DNA from: an uncultured Acidobacteriota bacterium
GTDB taxonomy: Bacteria; Acidobacteriota; Thermoanaerobaculia; UBA5066
Direction of reading: 5' to 3'
Assembly (NCBI GenBank): GCA_963721385.1
Contig: CAVRJB010000005.1
Location: 106,208-170,207 of the forward strand
Length of the DNA stretch: 64,000 bases
The position numbers and the translations under genes were made by a program. Below are positions 36,506 to 45,919 of the stretch, in pieces. The notes beneath the pieces were generated by a model that was given only the letters and a program-made list of their open reading frames with translations, was not told the origin of the DNA and did no database searches. The first letter of the stretch is position 1, and the number at the start of each line of letters is the position of its first letter.

Positions 36506-37963
36506 TCAGCGCTTGAAGAAGCCCCCGGGGGGCGCCGGCGGGATCACTGCCGCGGCGCCGGAGCTGCCGACGAGGCGCTGGTTCAGCTCCTTGATCCGCT
36601 CGTTGAGCTGCGAGACCTTCGCGGCCATCTCCTGGCGCATCCGCTCGTGCTCTTGCTTCATCCGGTGGACCTCGTCCTCGGCGTCGGCTCCCTGCTGGGC
36701 GCGCATCTGGATCTGCCGCTCGCGCTCCTGGATGTCGGCCTCGAGCTGCGCGATGAGCTCTTCCTTCTCGGTGACCCGCTGCTTCCACTTGTCTTCCTGC
36801 TCCTCGTAGAGCTTTTTGATGTCGAGGAGCTCCGTGATGGCGGAGAAGTCGTTCGGTGTGGGCGCCATGATGCCTCCTCGGAACCGCTCTTCGATCTTGG
36901 GGAAGAGCTTGCGGAGCTTGAGGGAAAGGTCTTCGGGGTCGGCCGTCAGCTTCATCGCCGCCTCGAGATCGGTCACCCCGTTCACGAGGAGGGCGATGAG
37001 CGACTGGTTCATCGACTGCATCCGGTAGTAGGAGACGGAGCTCTCGACCTCCTCGAGGATCTCCTTCGTCTCGCCCGTTTCGATGCACTTCGCGATCTTC
37101 GGCGAGTTGATCAGGATCTCGACGACGGGCACGAGACCTCTGCCGTCGGTCCTCTCGATGAGCTGCATCGAGCAGATGCCGCGGAGGACGAGGGCCAGCT
37201 GGCGGCGGACCTGGTTCGACTGAGACGAGGGGCAGGAGTCCATGATCCGGTCGATCGTCTGCGCCGCGTTGTTCGTGTGCAGCGTCGAGAAGACGAGGTG
37301 GCCGGTCTCGGCGGCCGTGATGGCGGTCGCCATCGTCTCCCAGTCCCGCATCTCGCCGACCATGATCACGTCGGGGTCCTGGCGCATCACGTTCCGGAGC
37401 GCCTCTCCGAAGGAGATCGTGTCGGTTCCCATCTCGCGCTGCGAGACGGAGGCCATGTTGTCCTGGAAGAGGTACTCGATCGGGTCCTCGATCGTGACGA
37501 TGTGGACGGGGTGGCGCTCGGTGATGAGCCGGACGAGAGAGGCGAGCGTCGTCGACTTGCCCGATCCCGTGGGGCCGGTCACGAGGACGAGGCCGGCGGG
37601 GAGGTCCGCGAGGGAGCCGAGGGCGTCGGGGAGGTTCAGGTCGCCCAACGCCGGGATGTTGAACGGGATCCGCCGGAAGACCGCGGTCCACGTCCCCCGC
37701 TGCAAGTAGATGTTGCCCCGGAAACGCGCGACGCCGGTGATTCCGTAGCCGATGTCGACCGCGTAGTTCTGCTGCAGCTTGTCGCGCTGGTAAGGCGTCA
37801 GGATCGGGAGGACCATGTCCTCGATCTCCTTCGGAGACAGCGGGTCCGTCTTCAGGGGGACGAGGCGGCCGCTGATCCTGAGGAGCGGAGGCCGGCCCGG
37901 CTTCAGATGCAGGTCCGAGGCCTCCTTCTTCGTGACAAATTTCAAGAGCTCGATGAGGTCCAT
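36506..37963 (-). CDS. PilT/PilU-family ATPase with a C-terminal coiled-coil extension
   Basis: ASDLHL, GPTGSGKSTT, TIEDPIEY, RQDPDVIMVGEMRD and AETGHLVFSTLHT. ATG 37963 follows an AGGA SD. Confidence 0.9.
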   Translation of the reverse strand: MDLIELLKFVTKKEASDLHLKPGRPPLLRISGRLVPLKTDPLSPKEIEDMVLPILTPYQRDKLQQNYAVDIGYGITGVARFRGNIYLQRGTWTAVFRRIPFNIPALGDLNLPDALGSLADLPAGLVLVTGPTGSGKSTTLASLVRLITERHPVHIVTIEDPIEYLFQDNMASVSQREMGTDTISFGEALRNVMRQDPDVIMVGEMRDWETMATAITAAETGHLVFSTLHTNNAAQTIDRIMDSCPSSQSNQVRRQLALVLRGICSMQLIERTDGRGLVPVVEILINSPKIAKCIETGETKEILEEVESSVSYYRMQSMNQSLIALLVNGVTDLEAAMKLTADPEDLSLKLRKLFPKIEERFRGGIMAPTPNDFSAITELLDIKKLYEEQEDKWKQRVTEKEELIAQLEADIQERERQIQMRAQQGADAEDEVHRMKQEHERMRQEMAAKVSQLNERIKELNQRLVGSSGAAAVIPPAPPGGFFKR

Positions 37964-38008
37964 CCCGTTTTCCTGTGTCTTCGACGGTAGCACCCGCCTC
38001 GCGTCGAA

Positions 38009-39304
38009 TCAACGCGGCGCGCGGTGCCGGGGCGTCCGCCCGCGGCCCGCGAGGAGGCGGAGCGCGCCCGTCCGGGACCGGACCTCTCCCGCCGCGACGG
38101 CGAGGTCGAGCGCCTCGAGAGCGCGCCCCAGCTCCGGCCCGGAGGAGACCGTCAGCAGGGACGCGACCTCGTGGACATCAATCGGTCGCTTCGGCCGGAG
38201 AAGACGCGCCATGCGCCTTCGATCGCGCATGAGGGTGCGTACGGCCGATGCCAGCCGTCGCGACCGTGCGTCGGTGAAGGCGGAGAGGAAGAGAACGGAT
38301 TCTTCGAAGAAGGGAGAAACGGCCCGGATGACCTGGACGATCTCCCGCCGCGTGGGCGCTTTCGACGGGCGACGGGCGCCGACCGCCCGGGACAGCGTGA
38401 AGAGCTTTTTCGCGAGCTGCCGCTCCTGTCGCGTCGTTTTCCACTTTCGAAGGATCTCTTCGGCTCTCTTCGCACCCAGCGGCAGGAGAAGCAGTGCCCG
38501 TGCGACGCGTGGGTCTCGCGAGTCGAGGCGGGAGACGAAGGAGAGACCGCGGCGGCGCGTTCGCGCCGCCGTGCCTCGAAGGAGATGGCCGAGCGCGCCC
38601 ACCTTCTCGAGAAAGCGCAGCGCACGGTCGCGGTCCTTCGGCGGCGCCGCAAGGAGCTTGTTCATCTCGACGAGCCGCCGCTCTTCCGCTGCCATTCGAA
38701 GGAACCTCCCGGCGGCCTTGAACTCGGGCAGCGCCCGGCTCGCCACCCGAAATCCGGGCAGCTCCGCGAGAAACCTCGCGGCGCGGAGGACGCGGAGCGG
38801 ATCCTCGCAAAGGACGCCGGGCCGGGGGAGGGCGAGCCGCCCGGCCCGAAGGTCGGCGAGCGCCCCCGCCGGCGCGGCGAAGGCCCCGGTTCCGAGGTCG
38901 AACGCCATGGCGTTGACCGTGAAATCGCGCCTGAGAAGATCTTCGTCAAACGAGCCGGCGATCTCGAAGACGTCCACCTCGCTTCCGGCGAGCGGAAGGC
39001 GGAGAACCCGCTTCCCGGGCGGTCCGACGGCGATCGCCCGTGTTCCGAGCCGCACCGCGAGCGCCCCGGCGAACGCCCCGGCCGCCGCGGCCGGCGCCGA
39101 CACGTCGAGATCGCGACCGTGCCGCGCCCGAGCTCCGGCGGCTTCGAGGAGAGCGTCTCGAACCGCTCCCCCCACGAGACGCGCGGGAACGGCGCTCCTC
39201 CGGGCCACGTCGGCGGCCGCGCGGACCTCGGTCCGGGCGAAGAGCCGACGCCGCCCCGCCTCGACGAGGGCGGCGTCGCTCAGGCGACGGCGCCGGGGGG
39301 CCAC
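38009..39304 (-). CDS. Class II tRNA nucleotidyltransferase / poly(A) polymerase family protein (probable CC-adding type)
   Basis: VGGAVRDALL, DLD, EDLLRRDFTVNAMA and EDPLRVLRAARF. Confidence 0.88.
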   Translation of the reverse strand: MAPRRRRLSDAALVEAGRRRLFARTEVRAAADVARRSAVPARLVGGAVRDALLEAAGARARHGRDLDVSAPAAAAGAFAGALAVRLGTRAIAVGPPGKRVLRLPLAGSEVDVFEIAGSFDEDLLRRDFTVNAMAFDLGTGAFAAPAGALADLRAGRLALPRPGVLCEDPLRVLRAARFLAELPGFRVASRALPEFKAAGRFLRMAAEERRLVEMNKLLAAPPKDRDRALRFLEKVGALGHLLRGTAARTRRRGLSFVSRLDSRDPRVARALLLLPLGAKRAEEILRKWKTTRQERQLAKKLFTLSRAVGARRPSKAPTRREIVQVIRAVSPFFEESVLFLSAFTDARSRRLASAVRTLMRDRRRMARLLRPKRPIDVHEVASLLTVSSGPELGRALEALDLAVAAGEVRSRTGALRLLAGRGRTPRHRAPR

Positions 39305-41259
39305 GTCAGCAACTTCACGTTTGGCCCATCGGGCGCGGCTTCGGCCGTGAGCAGGGCCCCCATCCCTTCCGCGAGGCGGCGGGCGACCGCGAGCCCGAAC
39401 TCGGCGCTTCCGCGGGAGATCCCGACGTCCTCGAAGAGCCGCGCGGCCCGCTCGGCGGAAAGCCCGGGCCCCCAGTCGAGGACCCGAATCACGGGGCGGC
39501 CCTCCTCGACGGAGGCGAGGACTTTTGCGAACGGCTGGCTCTTCGGCGAGACGCGGACGGCGTGCTCGACGAGGTTGTAGAGGAGGCGCTCCAGCCGCTC
39601 CCGGTCGGCGCGGACATGGGGCAGGTCGCCGGCGAAGTCGATCATCAGCGCGCAGCCGCGCCGCGACGCCTGCGCGCCGAGCTCCGGCTGGATCGCCATC
39701 AGCACCTCGGCGAGGTCGACGTCGGTGAGCTGGAGCGGGGAGCGCGGCCGGCCCCCCGCTGCGGCGTCGAGGACGTCGGCGATCAGGCGCTCGAGGCGGT
39801 GGAGACTCTCCGAGGCGTTCCGGAGGAGCCCGGCCGGGCGCTCCGGAAGCTCGGCGGCGAGGTCGGTCAGGACGACCTCGAGGTGGCTCTGGACGATTGC
39901 GAGCGGCGTCCTGAGCTCGTGCGCCGCCGCGGTCCAGAAACGCGCCCGCTGCGTGTCGGCCTCCCGCGCGGCGTCCTCAATCTCGCGGAGGCGCCGGGCC
40001 GTCTCCGCAAGGTCCTTCTCGAGGACGACTTCGCGCGCCCGGCGGGCCCGGTCGGGCCGGCGGTCGCGGATGGTGAGCGCGGACCAGCCGCTCTGGCCGT
40101 AGGTCTCGTCGGACGCGGGAAGCGTCAGAACCTCGACCGGGATCGTCTCGCCGCTCGCGGTCACGAGGCGGGCGCGCTCCACCTTCACGTCGGAGCCGGG
40201 CGGCGCCGAGATCGGCCCGAAGTCGTCCTCCGGCGGGCGGGGCCGGAGGAGGGAGCGGACCTTGAGGCCCGCGAGCTCGGTCTCGAGCCGTCCCGTCAGC
40301 GCGAGGAAGGGCGGGTTCGCGAGGAGGATCTCGCCGGTGGCGGAGAGGAGCGCGGTCGGCTCAGGAACCCCGCGGAAGAGGAGGTCGACCGTCCGGAGCC
40401 GTTTTCGCTCGCCGCGCTCGCCGCCGCGGGTCGTCCGGGAGTCCCGGACCGCCTGAAGGAGGCGCGCGGCCGCGGCGACGAGTGCGACGTCCGAGAGGCC
40501 GAAGGGGACCGTGTCCCGGACCGCGTGCAGGAAGAGGACGCTTCCCTCGCCCGGCAGGCGCTGACAGAGAAGAGACCGGAGGGGCATCCCGGAGAGGTAG
40601 CGGCTCGCGTCGTCCATCAGGGGGTCGCGCTCGACCTCCTCGACGAGCACGCCGCCCGTCCGCGACGCCGCCGCGCGGAGCTCGGGGTACCTCACGATCT
40701 CGACCTGCCGGCCGAGGACTGCCGCGCCGAGGCTCGAGCCGACCACCGTGGCCGAAGAGTCGCCCGGCTTCCACCGGAAGAGGCTGACACGCGAGGCGTC
40801 GAGTGAGTGCGCCAGCATCCGGAGGGCCCGCTCCGTCAGGTCGTCGGCGCGCGCGAAGAGGTCTTCCCACTGCGAGAGGAGCGAGACGAGCTGCGCGCGG
40901 GTCAGGAGGAGCGCCGACGCGGCGTCGCCGGCGCCCGCCGCGAGCGAGGCCGCGGCCTTTCGCCAGCCGCTGGCGGGCACGACCTCGAGCGCCGGGGAGC
41001 GCGCGTGCGCGTCGTCGCCGGCGAGGACGAAGACCGGGGGCGGCGACGGGTCGTTCTCCAGCCGCGAGAGGATCGGAACAGCGTCCGCGGCCCCGGCCGG
41101 CGGGAGGACGAGAACGACGTCGGGCCGCTCCGATGAGAGAAGCGCCACCGCGTCCTCGAGGCTCGCGGCGACGAGGACTTCGGCGCCGGCTTCCGCGAGC
41201 GCCTCCCGGATGCCGTCGGGCACGAGGCCGGACGGCGCGTAGAGGAGAAACGGCCGCAT
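39280..41259 (-). CDS. Cytoplasmic sensor histidine kinase (degenerate REC-like, GAF-like, PAS, HisKA, HATPase)
   Basis: H box AAHELRTPL, NLVEHA, DWGPGL and GLAVARRL; PAS-like GEILLANPPF. Confidence 0.85.
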   Translation of the reverse strand: MRPFLLYAPSGLVPDGIREALAEAGAEVLVAASLEDAVALLSSERPDVVLVLPPAGAADAVPILSRLENDPSPPPVFVLAGDDAHARSPALEVVPASGWRKAAASLAAGAGDAASALLLTRAQLVSLLSQWEDLFARADDLTERALRMLAHSLDASRVSLFRWKPGDSSATVVGSSLGAAVLGRQVEIVRYPELRAAASRTGGVLVEEVERDPLMDDASRYLSGMPLRSLLCQRLPGEGSVLFLHAVRDTVPFGLSDVALVAAAARLLQAVRDSRTTRGGERGERKRLRTVDLLFRGVPEPTALLSATGEILLANPPFLALTGRLETELAGLKVRSLLRPRPPEDDFGPISAPPGSDVKVERARLVTASGETIPVEVLTLPASDETYGQSGWSALTIRDRRPDRARRAREVVLEKDLAETARRLREIEDAAREADTQRARFWTAAAHELRTPLAIVQSHLEVVLTDLAAELPERPAGLLRNASESLHRLERLIADVLDAAAGGRPRSPLQLTDVDLAEVLMAIQPELGAQASRRGCALMIDFAGDLPHVRADRERLERLLYNLVEHAVRVSPKSQPFAKVLASVEEGRPVIRVLDWGPGLSAERAARLFEDVGISRGSAEFGLAVARRLAEGMGALLTAEAAPDGPNVKLLTWPPGAVA

Positions 41260-41307
41260 CCGCTTCTTGTCGAGAAACGGTAACACACCGACCGCTATAA
41301 TTTTTCG

Positions 41308-41595
41308 GTGAAGATCGACCGGGAGCTCGTGTCGAAGGTGGCCCACCTCGCCGCCCTCGAGCTCCTGCCCGCCGAGGCCGAGGCGCTGGCGGGGCAGCTG
41401 ACGCGGATCGTCGAGCACTTCGAGGCGCTGCGCGAGATCCCCGACGCGCTCCTTCGGGAGACGGACGATGCCCCGCCCTCGCCCCTCCGGGCCGACGCGC
41501 CGCGGGACGGCTCACCCGGACCGCTCGTCGGGGCGAACGCCCCGGAGTTCGCGCACGGCCACTTCGTCGTGCCGCGCGTCGTGTCGAGGGGCTGA
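41308..41595 (+). CDS. gatC: Asp/Glu-tRNA amidotransferase subunit C
   Basis: VAHLAALEL, LRAD, NAP and FVVPRV motifs; lies upstream of gatA. Confidence 0.9.
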   Translation: MKIDRELVSKVAHLAALELLPAEAEALAGQLTRIVEHFEALREIPDALLRETDDAPPSPLRADAPRDGSPGPLVGANAPEFAHGHFVVPRVVSRG

Positions 41596-41596
41596 C

Positions 41597-43078
41597 ATGG
41601 CCGGCGCCGGAGAGCTTCTCGACGGACCCTTCACCGCGCTCGCCGCGGCCGTCCGGACCGGCGCGGTGAGCGCGGGCGAGGTCGCGGAATCGGCGCTCGC
41701 CCGCGCCGCGCGGACGACGGAGCGGCACGGCTCGTTCCTCCACGTCGACGAGGCCGGGGCCCGGGCCGCGGCGGCGGACGTCGACGCGCGGGTGCGACGG
41801 GGCGAGGCGCCGATCCTCGCGGGCGTCCCGCTTGCCGTGAAGGACAACATCAACGTCGCAGGCCTTCCCTCGACCGCCGGCTCGAGGATCCTCGCCGGGT
41901 TCGTCGCGCCCGACCACGCGACCTGCGTGGCCCGGCTCGTCGCGGCCGGCGCCGTCGTCGTCGGGAAGACGAACTGCGACGAGTTCGGCATGGGCTCGTC
42001 GAACGAGAACTCGGCGTTTCACCCGGTCAGGAATCCCTGGGACCCTGCCCGGGTCCCGGGCGGGTCGTCGGGGGGTTCCGCCGCGGCGGTCGCGTCCCGG
42101 GCGGTCCCGCTCGCGATCGGGACCGACACGGGGGGCTCCGTCCGCCAACCGGCCGCGCTCTGCGGCCTGGTCGGGTGGAAGCCGACCTACGGCCGGGTCT
42201 CGCGCTACGGCCTGATCGCTTTCGCGTCGTCATTCGACCAGGCGGGGGCACTCGCCCGGACCGTGGAGGAGGCCGCGCTCGCCTTCTCGGTGATGGCGGG
42301 CGTCGACGCGCGCGACTCGACGTCGCTCACTTCGCCGGTCCCCGATGTCCTCGCCGGCCTCCGCGGCGGCGTCGCCGGGACGACGGTGGGCCTTCTCGAC
42401 GAGGCCGCTTCGCCCGAGGGGGGCCTGCACCCGGACGTGGTTGCGACGTTCGAGACGGCGGCCGGGGCGCTGCGCCGTGCCGGGGCGAACGTCGTCAGGG
42501 TCTCGGTCCCCCGGGTCCCGATGGCGGTGCCTGTCTACTACCTGACCGCCACGGCCGAAGCCTCGTCCAATCTGGCTCGCTTCGACGGCGTCCGCTACGG
42601 CGCGCGGCGGGGGGAGGGGAGCCTCGCCGCGCTCTACCGCGGCACGCGCTCTCAGGGTTTCGGGCCGGAGGTGAAGCGGCGGATCCTCCTCGGAACCTTC
42701 GCGCTCTCCGCCGGGTACCACGACGCCTACTACGGCCGGGCGCAGAAAGTCCGCGAGCTCCTCCGGCGCGATTTCGAGGCGGCGTTCTCGCGCGTCGACG
42801 CGATCCTCTGCCCGACGTCGCCAGAGCCCGCATTCCGGCTCGGCTCGAAGACCGAGGACCCGCTCGCCATGTACCTCGCCGACGTCTTCACGGTCCCGGC
42901 CAGCCTCGCCGGCCTCCCGGCGATCTCGGTGCCGGCCGGGATCTCCCGCGACGGGCTGCCCGTCGGCATGCAGCTCGTCGGCCCCGGCGACTCCGAGCCC
43001 CTCCTCTTCCGACTCGCGCGCGCGGTCGAGGAGGCGGCGGGAGTCGCGGGGCGCCGGCCACCGGATGCGGTGTCTTGA
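41597..43078 (+). CDS. gatA: Asp/Glu-tRNA amidotransferase subunit A
   Basis: VKDNI, GGSSGGSAAAVA, GTDTGGSVRQPA, EASSNLARFDGVRYG and EVKRRILLGT. Confidence 0.96.
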   Translation: MAGAGELLDGPFTALAAAVRTGAVSAGEVAESALARAARTTERHGSFLHVDEAGARAAAADVDARVRRGEAPILAGVPLAVKDNINVAGLPSTAGSRILAGFVAPDHATCVARLVAAGAVVVGKTNCDEFGMGSSNENSAFHPVRNPWDPARVPGGSSGGSAAAVASRAVPLAIGTDTGGSVRQPAALCGLVGWKPTYGRVSRYGLIAFASSFDQAGALARTVEEAALAFSVMAGVDARDSTSLTSPVPDVLAGLRGGVAGTTVGLLDEAASPEGGLHPDVVATFETAAGALRRAGANVVRVSVPRVPMAVPVYYLTATAEASSNLARFDGVRYGARRGEGSLAALYRGTRSQGFGPEVKRRILLGTFALSAGYHDAYYGRAQKVRELLRRDFEAAFSRVDAILCPTSPEPAFRLGSKTEDPLAMYLADVFTVPASLAGLPAISVPAGISRDGLPVGMQLVGPGDSEPLLFRLARAVEEAAGVAGRRPPDAVS

Positions 43079-44937
43079 GGGGAGGAGCCGCTCTCGCGCT
43101 CCTCGTTGTCGCGGCCGCCGCGGCCGCTCCCGCCCCTTCCACCCGCCGCGTCGAGGTCTCGCGAGACCTGACGGTCGTCCAGGCGGACGGCAGCATCTCG
43201 GTCGAGGCGCGGCCTCTCGAGGGCGAGACGCCGATCGAGTTCGCGGCCCGGATCTCCGCGAACGAGGAGACGGCACGCGAGATCCTGTCGCTGCCGGGCG
43301 GCCCGGCGCGGGACCGCGCCGTCGTCCTCTCGTACGCCGCCCTCGCCGACGAGATGAAACGCGCCGCAGTGGTGGCGCTCTTCCCCTCGGACGTCCGGGC
43401 CACGGCGGGCTGGCTCCACATCGCCGTCGGCGAGGAGAGCCTCGCGTCGATTGCGGCCTGGTTCACGGGCCGGCCGGACCTCGCCCGCGCACTCGCGGCC
43501 GAGAACGGTCTCGGCGCCGACGTCGTGGCGAAGGGGACGACGGTCCGGGTTCCGGCGGAGCTCCTCCTCCGCCCGTTCCGGGACGCCGAGGCGCTCGACG
43601 AGTCCGAGCCGCCGCAGCTCGTCTACGAGGAGGACGCCGAGGGACGCTACGCGATGTACCGCCTCCGGAAGAAGGAGGCGCTCTACTCGGCGGTCGTCGT
43701 CCGGTTCACAGGACGCGTCCATGCGGCGGATGTCATCGAGCTGGCCGGCGCGATCGCGAAGCGCTCCGGGATCGAGGACGTCCACGCGATCCCGGTCGGG
43801 TATCCCGTCAGGATCCCGCTGGACGTCCTCGCCGAGGAGTTCCTGCCGAAGGACGACCCGCGCTCGAAGGCCCGCGCGCTGGAAAAGGCCGAGACCGCGC
43901 AGTTCTCGATGCCGGCGCGCGCGAGAGGGCTGAAGGGAGTCCGGATCGTCCTCGACCCCGGCCACGGCGGGCGCGACACCGGGACGATCCACGGAGGCGT
44001 CTGGGAGGCGATGTACGTCTACGACGTGGCCGTCCGCCTCCGGAAGATCCTCTCTGAGAAGACGCAGGCCGAGGTCGTCATGACGACGAAGGACACGCGG
44101 GTCGGCTGGAAGGTCGCGGAGCAGGACGTCCTCGCCCCGAGGAGATCCCAGGTCCTCATGACCGACCCGCCCTACGAGCTCGAGGACCCCGTCCTCGGGG
44201 TGAACCTCCGCTGGTACCTCGCGAACAGCCTGCTGAAGCGGCCGGGTCCCGAGAAGAAGCGGATTCCCCCCGAGCGGACGGTCTTCGTCTCGCTCCACGC
44301 GGACTCCCTCCACCCGTCCCTCCGCGGCGCCATGATCTACGTGCCGGGGGAGCGTTTCCTCCGCGACCGGTACGGAAAGCGGGGAAGCGCGTTCGCGCCG
44401 TACCGCGAGTGGCGCGAGCAGCCGGTCGTCTCGTTCACCCGGAAGGAGCGGATGGCGTCGGAAGGGGCGTCGACGTCGCTCGCCGGGAAGCTCGTCGGCG
44501 CGATGCGGCGGCGGGACCTGGCCGTCCACCCGTTCTCGCCGGTCCGGACGCACGTGATCCGTTCGGGGCGGGAGTGGGTGCCGGCCGTCCTCCGCTACAA
44601 CCTGATCCCGAACCGCGTCCTCGTCGAGATCGCGAACCTCGCCAACGAGGAGGACCGGGCCCTCGTCGCCACGCGGCGGTTCCGCCAGGACGTCGCCGCG
44701 GCCCTCGCCGAGGGGCTCGTCGAGTTCTTCGGCGGCGAGCTCGCGCCCGTCGTGCCGCCGCCCTCGGTGGCGGAGGCCCACGGGCCGGCGGACTTCGTTG
44801 GCCCCTGGCCGCCGTCCCCCGCCACGACGGCGCCCCCCGCGGCGAAGCCCACCGCCAGGAAGCCGGCGGCCAAGAAACCGGCGGCGAAAAAGCCGGTCAC
44901 GAAGACGAAGCCGAAGAAGGCCGGGCCCCCGGGCTGA
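43075..44937 (+). CDS. N-acetylmuramoyl-L-alanine amidase (Amidase_3) with a long N-terminal region and a Lys/Pro-rich tail
   Basis: Signal peptide, LDPGHGG, FVSLHAD and VLVE Zn-site motifs. TTG overlaps the gatA stop. Confidence 0.88.
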   Translation: MRGGAALALLVVAAAAAAPAPSTRRVEVSRDLTVVQADGSISVEARPLEGETPIEFAARISANEETAREILSLPGGPARDRAVVLSYAALADEMKRAAVVALFPSDVRATAGWLHIAVGEESLASIAAWFTGRPDLARALAAENGLGADVVAKGTTVRVPAELLLRPFRDAEALDESEPPQLVYEEDAEGRYAMYRLRKKEALYSAVVVRFTGRVHAADVIELAGAIAKRSGIEDVHAIPVGYPVRIPLDVLAEEFLPKDDPRSKARALEKAETAQFSMPARARGLKGVRIVLDPGHGGRDTGTIHGGVWEAMYVYDVAVRLRKILSEKTQAEVVMTTKDTRVGWKVAEQDVLAPRRSQVLMTDPPYELEDPVLGVNLRWYLANSLLKRPGPEKKRIPPERTVFVSLHADSLHPSLRGAMIYVPGERFLRDRYGKRGSAFAPYREWREQPVVSFTRKERMASEGASTSLAGKLVGAMRRRDLAVHPFSPVRTHVIRSGREWVPAVLRYNLIPNRVLVEIANLANEEDRALVATRRFRQDVAAALAEGLVEFFGGELAPVVPPPSVAEAHGPADFVGPWPPSPATTAPPAAKPTARKPAAKKPAAKKPVTKTKPKKAGPPG

Positions 44938-45823
44938 GCCTCTCCCCGGCGCGGGTCAGTGCGAGGCCGAGGAGGACGACGGCGGCCGAGGCGATCTTCG
45001 TGCCGCCGAAGGTCTCGCCCGTCCAGAGCGCCGAACAGACGCCGGCGAGCACCGGGACGAGGAATCCGAAGCTGGTCGTCGTCGCGACGCCCAGGACCTG
45101 GATCGCGCCCGTCCAGAGCCGGAAGGCGAGGACGAGGGGGAAAAAGGCTGAAAGGGCGCAGAGGATCCACGTTCCGGCCCCCACCGCGGCGTAGTCCTGC
45201 CGGACCATCGACGGGGCGCAGGTGGCGAGGAGGGGGATCGAGCCTCCGACGAACGTGGCGAACTGGGCCTGAATCGGCGTCAAGCGGCCGGGGAGGCGCG
45301 AGGCCGCCACCGTGTAGACGGCCCAGGTGGCGGCCGAAAGGAGGCAGAGGACGTTCCCGGCGAGGCTCCCGGCGCCGCCACCCGTCCCCGTCCCGATGAA
45401 GAGGGCGACGCCCCCGTACGCCACGAGCGAGCCGACGGCCTTTGGGGGCGAGAAGCGTTCCTGTCCGAGGAGGAAGACGAAGAGAGCGGAAAAGAGGGGC
45501 GAGGTCGAGTTGAGGAGGGCGGCCGAGAACCCGCTCGTCATCGAGAGGCCCCAGATGAAGAAGACCTGGTAAATGCCGACCCCGGCCAGCGCGAGAAGGA
45601 GCGCGAGGGCGCGGCGGCCGGGAGGAGGGAGGACCGGCCCGGGCCCGAGGGCGGCCTGGCCGGCGATCAGCGCCGCCGCGAGGACGAACCGCCACCCGGT
45701 CAGCGCGAGCGGGTGCATCTCGCGGAGGGCGACCTTCAGCGCCGGGTAGTTCACGCCCCAGATGGCGACCGTCGCGAGGGCGGCGAGGACCGCGGTGGAG
45801 CGCCGCGCCGGAGGACCGGACAC
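44897..45823 (-). CDS. DMT/EamA family transporter
   Basis: About 10 hydrophobic segments; IWGVNYPALK, SPLF, LGQE and LVPV motifs. Confidence 0.9.
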   Translation of the reverse strand: MSGPPARRSTAVLAALATVAIWGVNYPALKVALREMHPLALTGWRFVLAAALIAGQAALGPGPVLPPPGRRALALLLALAGVGIYQVFFIWGLSMTSGFSAALLNSTSPLFSALFVFLLGQERFSPPKAVGSLVAYGGVALFIGTGTGGGAGSLAGNVLCLLSAATWAVYTVAASRLPGRLTPIQAQFATFVGGSIPLLATCAPSMVRQDYAAVGAGTWILCALSAFFPLVLAFRLWTGAIQVLGVATTTSFGFLVPVLAGVCSALWTGETFGGTKIASAAVVLLGLALTRAGERLSPGARPSSASSS

Positions 45824-45919
45824 GGCCCCACTCTATCGAACGGCCTGCTATATTCCCCCGGCTTTCGCGGCCGGGCCGGCAGCGTGCGGTCCCGGCGTCC
45901 GCGCGAGCCCCTGAAAAAA

